Shown here: one piece after another, positions 12,401 through 23,512 of the stretch
How the letters are laid out: the number at the start of each line of letters is the position of its first letter
How positions within the stretch are numbered: the stretch's first letter is position 1
Source of the DNA: Lingula anatina
Lineage: Eukaryota > Animalia > Brachiopoda
Reading direction: 5' to 3'
NCBI GenBank assembly: GCA_051362555.1
Contig: CM120640.1
Span: forward strand, 17,732,001-17,796,000
Length of the DNA stretch: 64,000 nucleotides
Position numbers and translations under genes: made by a program
Notes under the pieces: model-generated
Seen by the model: the letters and a program-made list of their open reading frames with translations, nothing else
Told to the model about the DNA's origin: nothing
Databases searched by the model: none

Positions 12401-15400
12401 GCTATCAATATAAATACCAATATTGCATCAAACAAGATTCACACCAAACGGCATATTCATGATCAGTTAAAAATATTGTAGAATTGACCTCTGGTTTTCA
12501 GGTACAGGCTGCCGTGATGGTAGACGCCGTGATGGTCTTCGCACGAGCAATTACAGACCTGTCGCGCTCACAGACCATCCAGACTCGCAGTTTGGGCTGC
12601 TCTAATCCCGGGCAGACATGGACTCAAGGCAGCAGCCTGTTCAATTTTCTTACAAGAGTGAGGGCTACTAAGCTTTTTAATTCTCCTAAATTTCCATGGC
12701 TGAGTACTTTGTAAACATACCGTTAAAAAGAGTTGCATTTGAGTATTTTACATGTTAGAAATGACATTGATAAACAGTCGGGTTGCCGATGAATCAGTGG
12801 TGGATTTTAGTTTTGAGATAACAAATACATATGAACTGATTGAAAGTCCATGTATTATTTGTAATTAATAAAAAATGCCCCGTTTCCAGGTAGGGTTGAC
12901 TGGTCTGACAGGCAGGATTAAATTTGATGGCGACGGAAAGAGAAGAGACTTCGACTTGGGGATTGTTAAAATGGGGAAAAGGACTCTAGAAAGGGTATGT
13001 ATGAAATTTCTGGCAACTTTCAAGCGTTCAATGATTCGTAATTCCTAAAAAAAAAAAAAAAAAAAGCAAAATCCAAGCTACACATGTAACTGAAGTTTAA
13101 AGATTAATTCAGAAATCAGAAACTTGACATTTGAGCAAACAGTACTAGCCTATTTCATTTTCGTTTGTAGCTTTTATATATTTTTTCCTTTAAGTGAGCT
13201 ACCGAAACCATGTGCGCTTAAACGCTGCCATTACTGTAATTTACCAGCATCGTAAGGGCTTTTTTAATGGGAGATCCTATAATTCTCGTTTAGAGTTATG
13301 CTGGTTTATTTGTCACACGCGTTCAATATGTCTAATGGCCTGAGCGGGTCGCTTTCAGTACAAAAATGAAATCTAAAGACTTGTTAAGTGATATATCGGT
13401 AATTTACTCTTTTCTTTGACCGCTCACATCTTGTCGAAGTGCGCAAACCTTTATCTCGCGTTCTATAACACTCTGGTCACAATGGTACCCACTTAACGTC
13501 TCCTCCATTTCGAGAAATGCGTGTGTCCATTAAAGAGATAAATTACAAACACAATAGGAATATAAGCTGATTGATGCTTGCTTGGTTAAATATAAGTAGC
13601 CATTATTTATTTTTATAAAGAAGACTAAAGATTTAATTCAGAAGTTACTTCATTTTACTGGATTATTACGGATTTATATTGAATTGAAGTAGACCAAATG
13701 TTCTGTCTTATTTTTGCGAAATCCTTGATGAAATTATTTTCTTATATCGTCTTATTTTCCTACAGATTGGTTTCTGGACTCTGGACGGAGGTGTGAATAT
13801 CACAGCAAACTTCACAGAGCTGAAGGATCAGCTTCATGACACTCTGCAAAACAAAACCCTTATTGTCACCACCATTCAGGTTAGTTTGATCTGTAAAAGA
13901 AAATAAACTAAGAGACATTGAAAGTAGTGGTTACGCCAAAAACGCAACCGCCACTCATGCTCCTAACACAAGGATACACCAAATACACCAGCGTATTGCA
14001 GGGATATATTATGTCTATCATGAGAAAAAATTAATGAATATTCGCATTATTAGTATTTCGTGCCATTTAAGAGAAAATACTAAAAAGATGCCACTTTTGT
14101 AGGAGCCACCGTATTTGATGCTTCGCAAGGCTCAGCCTGGTGTGGAACTGAAGGGCAATGCGCGTTTTTATGGTTACTGTGTCGACTTGCTGGCCGAGAT
14201 CTCCAAGCTGTTGAATTTTAACTTCACCATCAAACTGGTAGACGATGGAAACTACGGGGCACCTGTTGGACCAAATGGAGAATGGAATGGTATGGTGCGG
14301 GAACTAATAGACATGGTAGGTAGCAAATCCCTCGAATTGTGTTAGGTGTGACTTGACGTTAACACCATGCACAGTATTGTGTTGGTTGTGATTGGGGCTA
14401 ACTCACCAAATTAACTGACATTTACAGAAAACTAATATCAAACGAATATTCATTACATTGGTGCTAGAGCGGCTTTTTACTTAATTGTATTCACTCAGTG
14501 AGTCAGTGAGTGCACCAAATAATAAAAAACCTATTTTAATTTTTTTTAATTTACTTAAAAGTACATAAAAAACTAAATCACTAAAAATTATCAAATAATA
14601 CAATTTAAAAACAACATTTTTTGGTATTTATTTTCAGAAAGCAGATCTAACTGTGGCACCCATGACAATCACATATGTCCGTGAGCAAGTGATAGACTTC
14701 ACCAAGCCATTCATGAACCTTGGGATCAGCATCCTGTTCAAGAAACCAGAAGCTTCAACTCCAGACCTTTTCGCCTTCATGTCCCCTCTTTCTTTCGAAG
14801 TGTGGCTCTACATGTTGGCTGCCTATGTTGGAGTCAGTATAACTCTCTTTGTGTTGGCCAGGTTCAGCCCATATGAGTGGTACAACACGCACCCTTGCAA
14901 CCAGGAATCTGACATTGTAGAGAATCAGTTCAACATGCTCAACAGTCTCTGGTTTACCATCGGCTCTCTTATGCAGCAAGGTTAGTACAGCTGTCACAAT
15001 GTGTGCATTATCCACTGGTGGATCCAGGATTTTGATGAGGGTTGGATAGAAGAATGAAAGTTTTTGCTTCCCTTTTCTTGGCAAATATGAACAGTATATG
15101 AGAACAGGGATGAAAATTGCTTGTTTTGTCTCACATTGCTCATTGTACTGCTTTTTATTTATTTATTTATTATTTGGGGAGATGGGAGAGTTGGAGAAAT
15201 GGGTGCCAGCCCTCCACCCCCCCTACTCCCCCCAAAATCTGCCATTGATTGCTCTCAACATGATGAAATCAATCATTGGGAAGGACTTTGACAAATCCCA
15301 CTTGTTACAAATGTCACTGTTATTAAATTTAAAAAAAAAAATGAAATGATAATATTCTTCAAAACAATATTTTATTAGTAATAGTCTACACTGTACATGA

Positions 15401-17426
15401 AAATGTCCAAGTAAGCTGGCTTCAAAACAGAAGTACTTTTCGTAAGTAACTAAAAATATAAATCTTGAAAAGGTGAAATGCTGGAATGAGTGAGAAAAAA
15501 AATTAAAGTTATTACTGTTATGCTATGTATAACACTGTACATTATGTAAGCTGTCTAATTAGCATGGATTCCCTTTTTCAGGTTCTGATCTTGCCCCTAG
15601 AGCTCTTTCCACTCGTATGATAAGCGGCATCTGGTGGTTCTTCACTCTAATTATGATTTCCTCGTACACTGCTAACCTTGCCGCTTTCCTCACAGTGGAG
15701 AGGATGATCTCTCCCATTGAAAATGCAGATGACCTGGCAAAACAGACCGATATCAAATATGGCAGCCAATATGGCGGTTCAACCATGACTTTTTTCAAAG
15801 TAAGAACTAATATGTAATTTTTTTAAAGTGGACTTGGTTTTGGAAAAATTACAAAGATTTAGATACTTGGCAAGCATAGAAAACCAGACAAATGATAAGT
15901 TGTAAATCAGCAGGGTTTTTTCCCAGTAGTTATTTTTTTCAGTTTTCATTGAAGCTTCAGCACAAAAAAAAAAAAAAAATAATATTAATAATAATGTATC
16001 AAAAATCTAGAAAGTTCCAATTATTCCAAATATTCCTACCTGTTTGAATTTTTCTTTAAATTTTAATAACTTATTCATCAATTTTACACGGATATGCTCT
16101 TAAACCATACATATGTTGCTTTCAAGGATTTGTTTACCATTTTTTCATCCAATTTTTTTTTTTCAAATCTATTTTAATTATATTTAGACCTCCAAAATTC
16201 CAACATATGAGCGTATGTGGAACTTCATGTCCAGCACTGAGCCCAGTGTTTTTGTGAACAGTTCCAAAGAAGGAATTGACCGTGTGATGAAGGGGAAGTA
16301 TGCCTACCTCATGGAGTCCACAATGATTGAATACACTGTGCAGAGAAACTGCAAGCTGATGCAAGTGGGAGGCCTACTGGATTCCAAGGGTTATGGAATA
16401 GGAACACCAAGAGGTGGGCCTGCTATATAATAATAATAATAATAATAATTTATTTTTCTATGGCGCCTTCCATTAAAAATCTCAATGCGCCTTACAACAT
16501 TCACTTAAAAGAGCTAAATAACACAATACTAATATAAGAACACATTACAATTTTAAAGGACTAAGAACTAATTTAAAGAACCAATTATTCATATTCTAAA
16601 ATGATAAGAACCTAAAGTGACAACATTTAAAATTAATCATAAAATTACAGTACACCTTATTAAAAACTAAAATTAACTATATGATAGCTACTGATAGGCT
16701 ATTCTAAAAATATGAGTTTTCAAAAGCTTTTTAAAAGTATTATTATATAATGTATTTATCAGTGTGTAGAAAAAAGTATGTAATTGTGAATGCCCGTGTG
16801 TGTGCAATTGTGTGTGTGTGTTTGTATGTGTGCGTTCTTAGTGTTCCTATACCATGTATCTTGGTATAGAAACATAATAGGTAAATTCAAATTGGGTAAT
16901 TACCTCAAAACCTGGAGACAGATTATTGAATCATCATATGCTGTGTGGATAGACAAATTGTAGCTGCTTTAATTCCATGTTCTGGTTGTGACCCTTTAAA
17001 TTCACAAATATTTTTCAATTGTTCCCCAGGATCCCCTTATACAGAGATTTTGTCAGAGGCCATCTTGAAACTCCAAGAGCAACAGGTCCTGCAGGTCCTG
17101 TACACAAAATGGTGGAAGGAGAAAGAGGGTGGAGGACAGTGTGAGGAGGCACCATCAAACAAAGCCAGTGAACTGGGAGTTATACATGTGGGTGGAGTGT
17201 TTGTAGTACTGCTGGCAGGACTGGGACTGGCATGTCTGTTTGCCTTGGGAGAGTTCATCTACAAAGCAAGGCAAAATGCTGATGAAGACAGGGTAGGTGG
17301 AACTAAGTGGACATGTTCAAATGGTCTTTTCACCTAATGTTTCTCCCCTTTTAAATTATTTTGAAAGTACTTCAGCTTTATATCTGTAACTCTTAATGTA
17401 ACTATAAATATAAAAGCAAAAAAAAA

Positions 17427-17457
<31 letters not shown>

Positions 17458-17477
17458 TAAATAAATAAATAAAATAA

Positions 17478-17508
<31 letters not shown>

Positions 17509-17870
17509 TCAAGAGTGAATTTGATAAAATTCTGTACAATTTAGGTACTGTTTAAACATATATTGATTGATTAAAATATTATTTCAAAGTAATTAACTTT
17601 TGTTTTGTGCATTTTGTTTATAGTCAATCAGTTGGAAAGTTTAATTAATAATTGATACAAATAACAATCTAGCTTCATGGTTTTCAGCAATCCATATGTT
17701 CTGAGATCATAGAAGAATTGCGTTTTGCCATAAGATGTTTTGGATCTTCTAAAAAGCCTGCTGTACACAAATCCAACCATAGGAAACATGACAATGGCCT
17801 CATAGACAATGGGATGACAATGGTTCCCCTGACAGCCAACAATTTCCCAGGCAAGGAGTCATTTGCTTGA
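3466..17870 (+). CDS. GRIK: Kainate-type ionotropic glutamate receptor subunit (GluK1-3-like), 5'-partial. Exons: 3466-3723, 4007-4194, 4346-4399, 9771-9902, 11006-11038 (microexon), 12502-12657, 12890-12994, 13766-13879, 14103-14315, 14638-14980, 15582-15799, 16188-16413, 17030-17292, 17688-17870
   Basis: All introns are GT-AG and phase-compatible. Motifs: ATD 'GAIFGP...[18 protein letters not shown]'; S1 '[35 protein letters not shown]'; kainate-typical '[14 protein letters not shown]'; M2 '[12 protein letters not shown]'; '[14 protein letters not shown]'; S2 '[12 protein letters not shown]'; M4; C-terminus 'FPGKESFA*' (GluK2a ends LPGKETMA). The signal-peptide exon(s) are not in the window. 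Confidence 0.96.
3750..3777 (+). repeat. (AG)n microsatellite
   Basis: Directly visible; it produces the spurious ERERER in the ORF track. Confidence 0.9.
4989..4994 (-). terminator. Polyadenylation signal (AATAAA) of the nested FAS1 gene
   Basis: TTTATT on the + strand, about 135 nt downstream of the stop codon at 5130. Confidence 0.6.
5130..8964 (-). CDS. Nested secreted fasciclin (2x FAS1) domain protein, 777 aa, with His/Gly/Tyr/Asp-rich N-terminus and Thr-rich/poly-His/acidic C-terminus. Exons: 8964-8352, 8133-7925, 7716-7518, 7269-7120, 6661-6554, 6184-5130
   Basis: Signal-peptide-like start [20 protein letters not shown]1 H1 motifs '[13 protein letters not shown]' and '[11 protein letters not shown]'; H2 motifs '[10 protein letters not shown]' and '[13 protein letters not shown]'. 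Six exons joined by GT-AG introns total 2334 nt, in frame to TAG. The gene lies wholly inside GRIK intron 4400-9770. Confidence 0.93.
15013..15247. mobile_element. Degenerate MITE in the intron following the Q/R-site exon
   Basis: CACTGGTGGATCCAGG ... AAATCTGCCATTG resembles decayed CAGTGGCGGATC/GATCCGCCACTG termini, with a C-rich subterminal run. Confidence 0.45.
16428..16740 (-). mobile_element. 3' tail of an L2/CR1-group LINE (or a SINE derived from one)
   Basis: The minus strand reads TGTAAGGCGCATTGAG...AAGGCGCCATAGAAAAATAAAT(TAT)n, the typical L2-type 3' stem plus microsatellite tail. The inner boundary is approximate. Confidence 0.6.
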
Positions 17871-19286
17871 TCATGGTACAGAACATGTACATAGCAGCAA
17901 ATCTATTTTCCTAGCAGAGGTTTACAAAATCATTTTAGTGCCTGGTTACAGAATGCATGCAATTTACCATGCAGCAGATGCCTTGTGGCACAGCCAGTGG
18001 CAGCCATTTTGGGTCTTGCCAATTGTGAAGAGCTGTTGCCCTTGTTGCCTGCAGAGCGACCAGGTGCAAAACTCCCTTGTGAGTGATGCATGTTGGTTTA
18101 CATTTTGATCTATCATGTTGGCACATGATGAAAGGCATTGGTTGAACCAATTGCAAAGGACACACTATTATGAACAGCTTGATCTGCGTGGGACATAAAC
18201 AGACATTTTTCTGGAGTTTTTGTAGATGAAAAAAATAAGAACTGTATACATAGATATAATGTCTTCCAGATGGTGCAGTTTTATACAGTGCCTAGTCTAT
18301 GCAAATATAACAGTAATACAACAAAGGAGTGTGTATGAAAATGAAAACACCCATGACAACGGAGGCCTGGTGTTTAGAAAAATAAGCAATGTTGCCACAT
18401 ATTTGTATATTGCTCTTTCATTCTTTGGGTAATGATTTACAGTTGTTTTGTTTTTCACTATTTTATAATCAGAATCATTTTTCTATAGAAGACATTTAGT
18501 CACAGAGTGAAGCTTCATTTTTTTATTTTTATTTTTAATTCATTTTTGTAGTGTTGATTGCAGCACACTTATTGGTATTTTCATTTGACTAAAAACCACT
18601 GTATATATATTGACCAAAAGTGTATAAATTTGGTGCAGATTTGTAGACCACTTGTAGCAGAGCAAGCTATTATAAAACTGAAAGTTACATATTTTGCAGT
18701 TTGGTTGAATTCGGAAAGGTTCAAATATTTTCAGAAACTTATATAACTGTATATTGATACTGTACAATAGCCATAATACATACCAATACAAAATAGGAAA
18801 CTTTACTTTGTAAATGAATTTGTCCATGACTCACACAAAAAAACCAAGCATATAAGTATAACTTTGGTATGACATAGCATTATTTTTGGAGTATAAGCTG
18901 TACAAAATACATGTAGCACATTTTTGACTGAAAAGATAATGAATTTACAGCACATTAGTAATTTTTTCTGATCTGCTGTCACTTAATTCAAAACTAAGTC
19001 TTTTTTTTTTAATATGCTTTTCATTCTTTTAAAAGATTATTTATTTTATTAATTTTTTTGTTAAATAAGAAATGCAACAGAGAGATTTTCATCATTTTAA
19101 AAATGTTTCACCCTTGCCAATCATTGTTTCATATCATCCTTCACGCTTGCTTTAGTTTATGCAGTCATTTGTAGTTACTATATGCAAAAAGTGATTTTAA
19201 TTCTACTTGTTTTCTTGCCATGTGTGGACTCCAGTGTATAAAAACAGTCAACTACGGCAGTTGGTAGAACACTTGGGTTTTCTTGG

Positions 19287-19292
19287 AATAAA
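19287..19292 (+). terminator. Candidate polyadenylation signal of the GRIK gene (~1.4 kb 3' UTR)
   Basis: AATAAA followed by T/GT-rich sequence (ttttgtttactttac). Confidence 0.5.
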
Positions 19293-19410
19293 GAATTTTC
19301 AAGACTATTATTATGCTCATTTTGTTTACTTTACTTCAAAAGAGAAGAAAACGAAAATAACTTGTAAATAAAAGAAAAAGAAAAACAAATGGGCAATTAA
19401 GAGACTAATA

Positions 19411-19623
19411 CCCCCTTTACACGGCGTCCTTTCTGCGTCCTTTCTGTGACCATGAAATTTGGAATCGCTGTGGTCTTAATAAGGAGGCACAAGCATCGAT
19501 TTTGTATCAGAATTAATGCTCAATGATCGGCCAGTTATCGGCCGTAAAGTATTATAATTTTTTAACTCTCAAATGGGGCCGTACTGCTGGATGCAGAAAG
19601 GACGCCGTTCAGTGTAAAGGGGG
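19411..19623. mobile_element. MITE with CCCCCTTTACAC termini
   Basis: Left CCCCCTTTACACGGCGTCCTTTCTGC is the inverted counterpart of right GCAGAAAGGACGCCGTTCAGTGTAAAGGGGG, with a small indel. Confidence 0.75.
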
Positions 19624-21778
19624 CTTAAGGAAAGCAATTGAAAGTTTTTTTGTAAAGAAGCATATTTATTTTAAAGCAAAGGTTTATGCATGTAATGTAA
19701 AAAGGTCAAAACAAAAGAAACTAAGCTATTTAACAATTTATCAAATGAGGTACTTTTGTGAAAATATTTTTCCTCCAGATAGTGCCATAGTGCAGTCTGG
19801 TCTGTCAAAGGTTGGTAAAAACTGCTCAGATAAAAGCATGCAGTTGACCATGTTAGGATAGCCAGTGACCTACATAGTGTCGTCACTTTTGGGATGGGTT
19901 GGGGTCTGGCATTATTTTTCAAATATTTTCAGATATTTTTCCAAATTTTGAACACTTATGCACACTATGCATTGTGTCTTTTTTATTTTTTGTGCATGAT
20001 GTTCCACCTATTAGATAAAGATGAGGGTTGAAAAAAAAAGCCCCCACATCACCCTGACCCCTCCCCCATGAATCTAATTGAACCTAACTGGGTAAGAGAT
20101 GTCACTTTTTGTTTAGTGTTGCGCGAGCCGGGAGTGGACGTAAGGCGGCCAAGATGCAAAATATATACGGATATTTTGATTCCAGCCGATACGGTATACT
20201 TAGAAAACTTATAGATGCTAAGCATTTGATGATAAGTTAATTGTGATATGTTTTCAAAAAACATTTTGATGTCTGCATGATTTAAACTACATGAAGTTCT
20301 GGGCATTCCCATATTTTCCCCGCGTAACCTTTGCTACGTCCATTTAATTTTCATATCTTCATTGTCAATGAAAATGAAATGTTCTTTTACTCCTAATGTT
20401 AACTTTTCTTAAATCCGTTGGTAGAAATAGCAGTGGTAGTTCAAGTTTTGCGTGAGCCGTAGCCAAGAAGGGGAAAATGCTGTGGAATGACCTTGATTGA
20501 ACACCTAGCTGTTGGTATGTTGATATTTATAGAGTCGAACTCATTCAACTCAAGACCAGTAACAGGTTTCCATTTCCGAATTAAAGATCATAATGATACT
20601 CGTAGGTATACATGTAGCAATATAATTTCATTTTCAATTTTGGGACGGTTTCAAAAAGTAAATGTAAAACTTAAATATTTCGTGACAGGTTAGATCAACC
20701 TTTGAAGGCATAGGGGCAAATTGAAAGCGCAAAATACTGTTTGAATCTGATTTTGATCGTACTCAATACTTCTATTCATTCCTAACATGTTAACGTCAAA
20801 CTGTTCATTCAAAACGTTCTGTCCAAATAAAAGACATTTTCCATATGATCTTAACGAACGCGACATCTGGACTTTTGAAGTCTTTACAAATAAAACATTT
20901 CATATTTGACCCCACTGTAAATCCGCCACTGGTTACCATTTCGGGCTCTTTACATAATGTGAAGACATGGTAAAAATTAAAAAAATAAATTAAAATAGAG
21001 ACAGTGGTGGATTTTTGTTCTATGCACATATATGTTTTAAAAAATTGAATACAACTTTGAATTCATTCAATTTTATTTTTGGACACTACAGTATGTAAAA
21101 TACACCTCTATATTGGGTTTGGGTGTAAAACGTTGTCTTCAGAGCAGATTCCAACAAATAGACCATTCACGAATGTAGTGCTGTGAGAAAAATTAATGAT
21201 TTTTTCCCAATTTTTTCCTGACATTTCTTGTGAGTTTTGCTAGAGTTAATTCTGGTGTCAACTAGCAGGCTAAGGTGTTAACTATGCATATTTTTTCAGG
21301 ACCAGACACGGGTGTCGTGCAGTGTGGGGAATCACTGGCGGAGGACTGAGCGGTGCAGTGGTTTGTTTACAAACAAGAGGGGTCCACGTGATAAGAAAAG
21401 AAGCTTTTCAACAGTAAATCTTTGTGCCATTGGAAGTTATGTCAGGTCCATGGTGTTAGGAAATGTTTCATTTAATCATTTTGTTCATGCAGTTTTGCAG
21501 GCATTTCTTAGTATGGGCGTCAATGGGAAATTATTTGGTGGTTTCTGCCCTGAATTCCAAGGGCGTGATGCATAGCAATAACATTCAATAGTATGCATAA
21601 TTACGATCCACAAATGAAATGGGTTGTCTTTTCATATGGTTTTTAATCAAGATATTCCAAAATGTCTTCTGCATATTTTGATGAAATTTTCAAGACGCAC
21701 AGTTATTCAGATGGGAAAGAAATTATTACAATTTCGACTGAATCTGGGTTTCCTCGTATTTTTATATTTATTATTATT

Positions 21779-21942
21779 CAGGACCGTAGCCGGGGGGTTC
21801 TGGGGGTTCGAAAGAACCGCCCCCTTTGTCAGGAAAAGGTCCATTTTGGGTAAAATTTGATCTAGGTACACATAAGTTTCATAGTAAAAGGTCCACTTTT
21901 TCAGAAAAAGAACCCCCCTTGTGATTTTGCTGGCTACGGGCC

Positions 21943-21944
<2 letters not shown>
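21779..21944. mobile_element. hAT-like MITE
   Basis: TIRs CAGGACCGTAGCCGG and CTGGCTACGGGCCTG; the 8-bp flanks are TTATTATT on both sides. Confidence 0.8.
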
Positions 21945-21983
<39 letters not shown>

Positions 21984-23144
21984 TACCATTACATGATGGT
22001 CTGCATTCTAGGAGTATTCTCTAAGCATGTTATTAATTCATTTTGGACCATGTTTAACATAAGACAACCTCGACTTATTTCCTGCTTGCCTATATTTTGG
22101 ACATGCCAATGCGTGCTTAAATCACTCTATCCCGTGTGATATATCATTCATTAGTAACAATTTAAGAGCCTGTCAGTTTAACTCAAAAATTGCAAAAATA
22201 ATTTTCTCTTTTCAGAAACCCACCGAGGTACAGCTCAACATGCGCCTGCTAGCAGCCTTACCTTTGGTTCACATCCAGGAACTCTACGCCTATTCAGGCA
22301 TTTATTTTATGAGAATTGAATAAATATATTTGTCTGGGATTTTTTTATATTTTGATATGAAAAATTATGATAATGATAATGATAATAGATAGATAAGGAG
22401 AATGAAGATATAAATATAATAACTGTTTCAGCAGTTTCAAATTCAATCTACCGAATATAATCTGTAAATATTGCCCTTGGTATTGCTTTGACGATTTGCG
22501 TTGGTACATGAAAATATTGGAAATGGAAATGAAATGGTTTAAAAGCTTTGCAAACGTACCTTGTATTAAAAAAACGATTGTATTTGAGTACTTAAAAATC
22601 TAAAGTCTGCTGCGAGGCTGTAGGCGAATCAAAAGATTTCAAAACTATAAACGCACATTTATAAAGTGTAATTACAAACCTGCTTTTTGGAGTTCAATTT
22701 TGTTTCTAAATTTTGTTCCATGTCATGACATTTTCAATGTACTTTAGAACAAATTTGTCTATCCTCCGGAATGTCATTTCCTCACTTTTAATAATGTAAT
22801 TCATCGCTTTTTTATAGGACGTTTTTTTTTTTTTTTGCTACCGCCAATTTGACTATTTGAATACTTGCATATTTAAGTCTATTACAAATCTGAATAAAAT
22901 TATCAAGTGAAAAAGATTTTGCCGCTTTTTAGTAAATGACATCGGAATTGGGCCGTTTTATTTTGATGATATAGTATTGATCACATGCCTCCTAGTCCAT
23001 TTTTTTAAATTTATTTATTTGTATACATTTTGCTTGGTCTATTCGAAATAATATTCAAATCATGTACAATTCCTTCATGTATTTGCAAACCAATTTTGAA
23101 TTCCAAGTAGTCCTATGCAGTAAATGCTCTTACAATCTTTTATC

Positions 23145-23512
23145 GTCTCACTTATCACCCCTAAAATGTAATCGATTGGCCCCACCTGTCACCCCTCAAG
23201 ACGTAATGGACTCTTCCCACCTGTCACCCCTTATATTTAAATGGACTCGCCCCACCTGTCACCCCTATAAATTGAATGGACGCGCCCCACACCCCTCAAA
23301 AACAAAATGGACTCTTCCCACCTGTCACCCCTAAAAAACAAAGTGAACTCTTCCCACCTGTCACCCCTTAAAATTGAATTGACTTGCCCCACCTGTCACC
23401 CCTCAAAAACAAAATGGACCCTTCCCACCTGTCACCCCTTAATTTTGAATAGGCTCGACCCACCTACCTTCCCTCAAAAACAAATGGGGCTCACCCAACC
23501 TATCACGTTCCA
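23145..23512 (+). repeat. Minisatellite, ~35-bp period, ~11 units, core CCCACCTGTCACCCCT
   Basis: Seven exact cores plus four degenerate ones, separated by AT-rich variable spacers. Confidence 0.9.

Noticed and set aside
16405-16420. AGA codon at an exon end suggesting an AMPA-type R/G editing site
   Set aside because: The AMPA R/G site lies several codons later. This intron is at the TPxG|SP position and no adjacent hairpin is seen.
21675-21745. TGATGA...CTGA pair suggesting a C/D box snoRNA in the candidate lncRNA intron
   Set aside because: No terminal stem, no recognisable rRNA-complementary guide, and far from the 3' splice site.
23145-23512. CRISPR-like repeat-spacer appearance
   Set aside because: Eukaryotic context, spacers homologous to one another, and no cas genes; it is a minisatellite.
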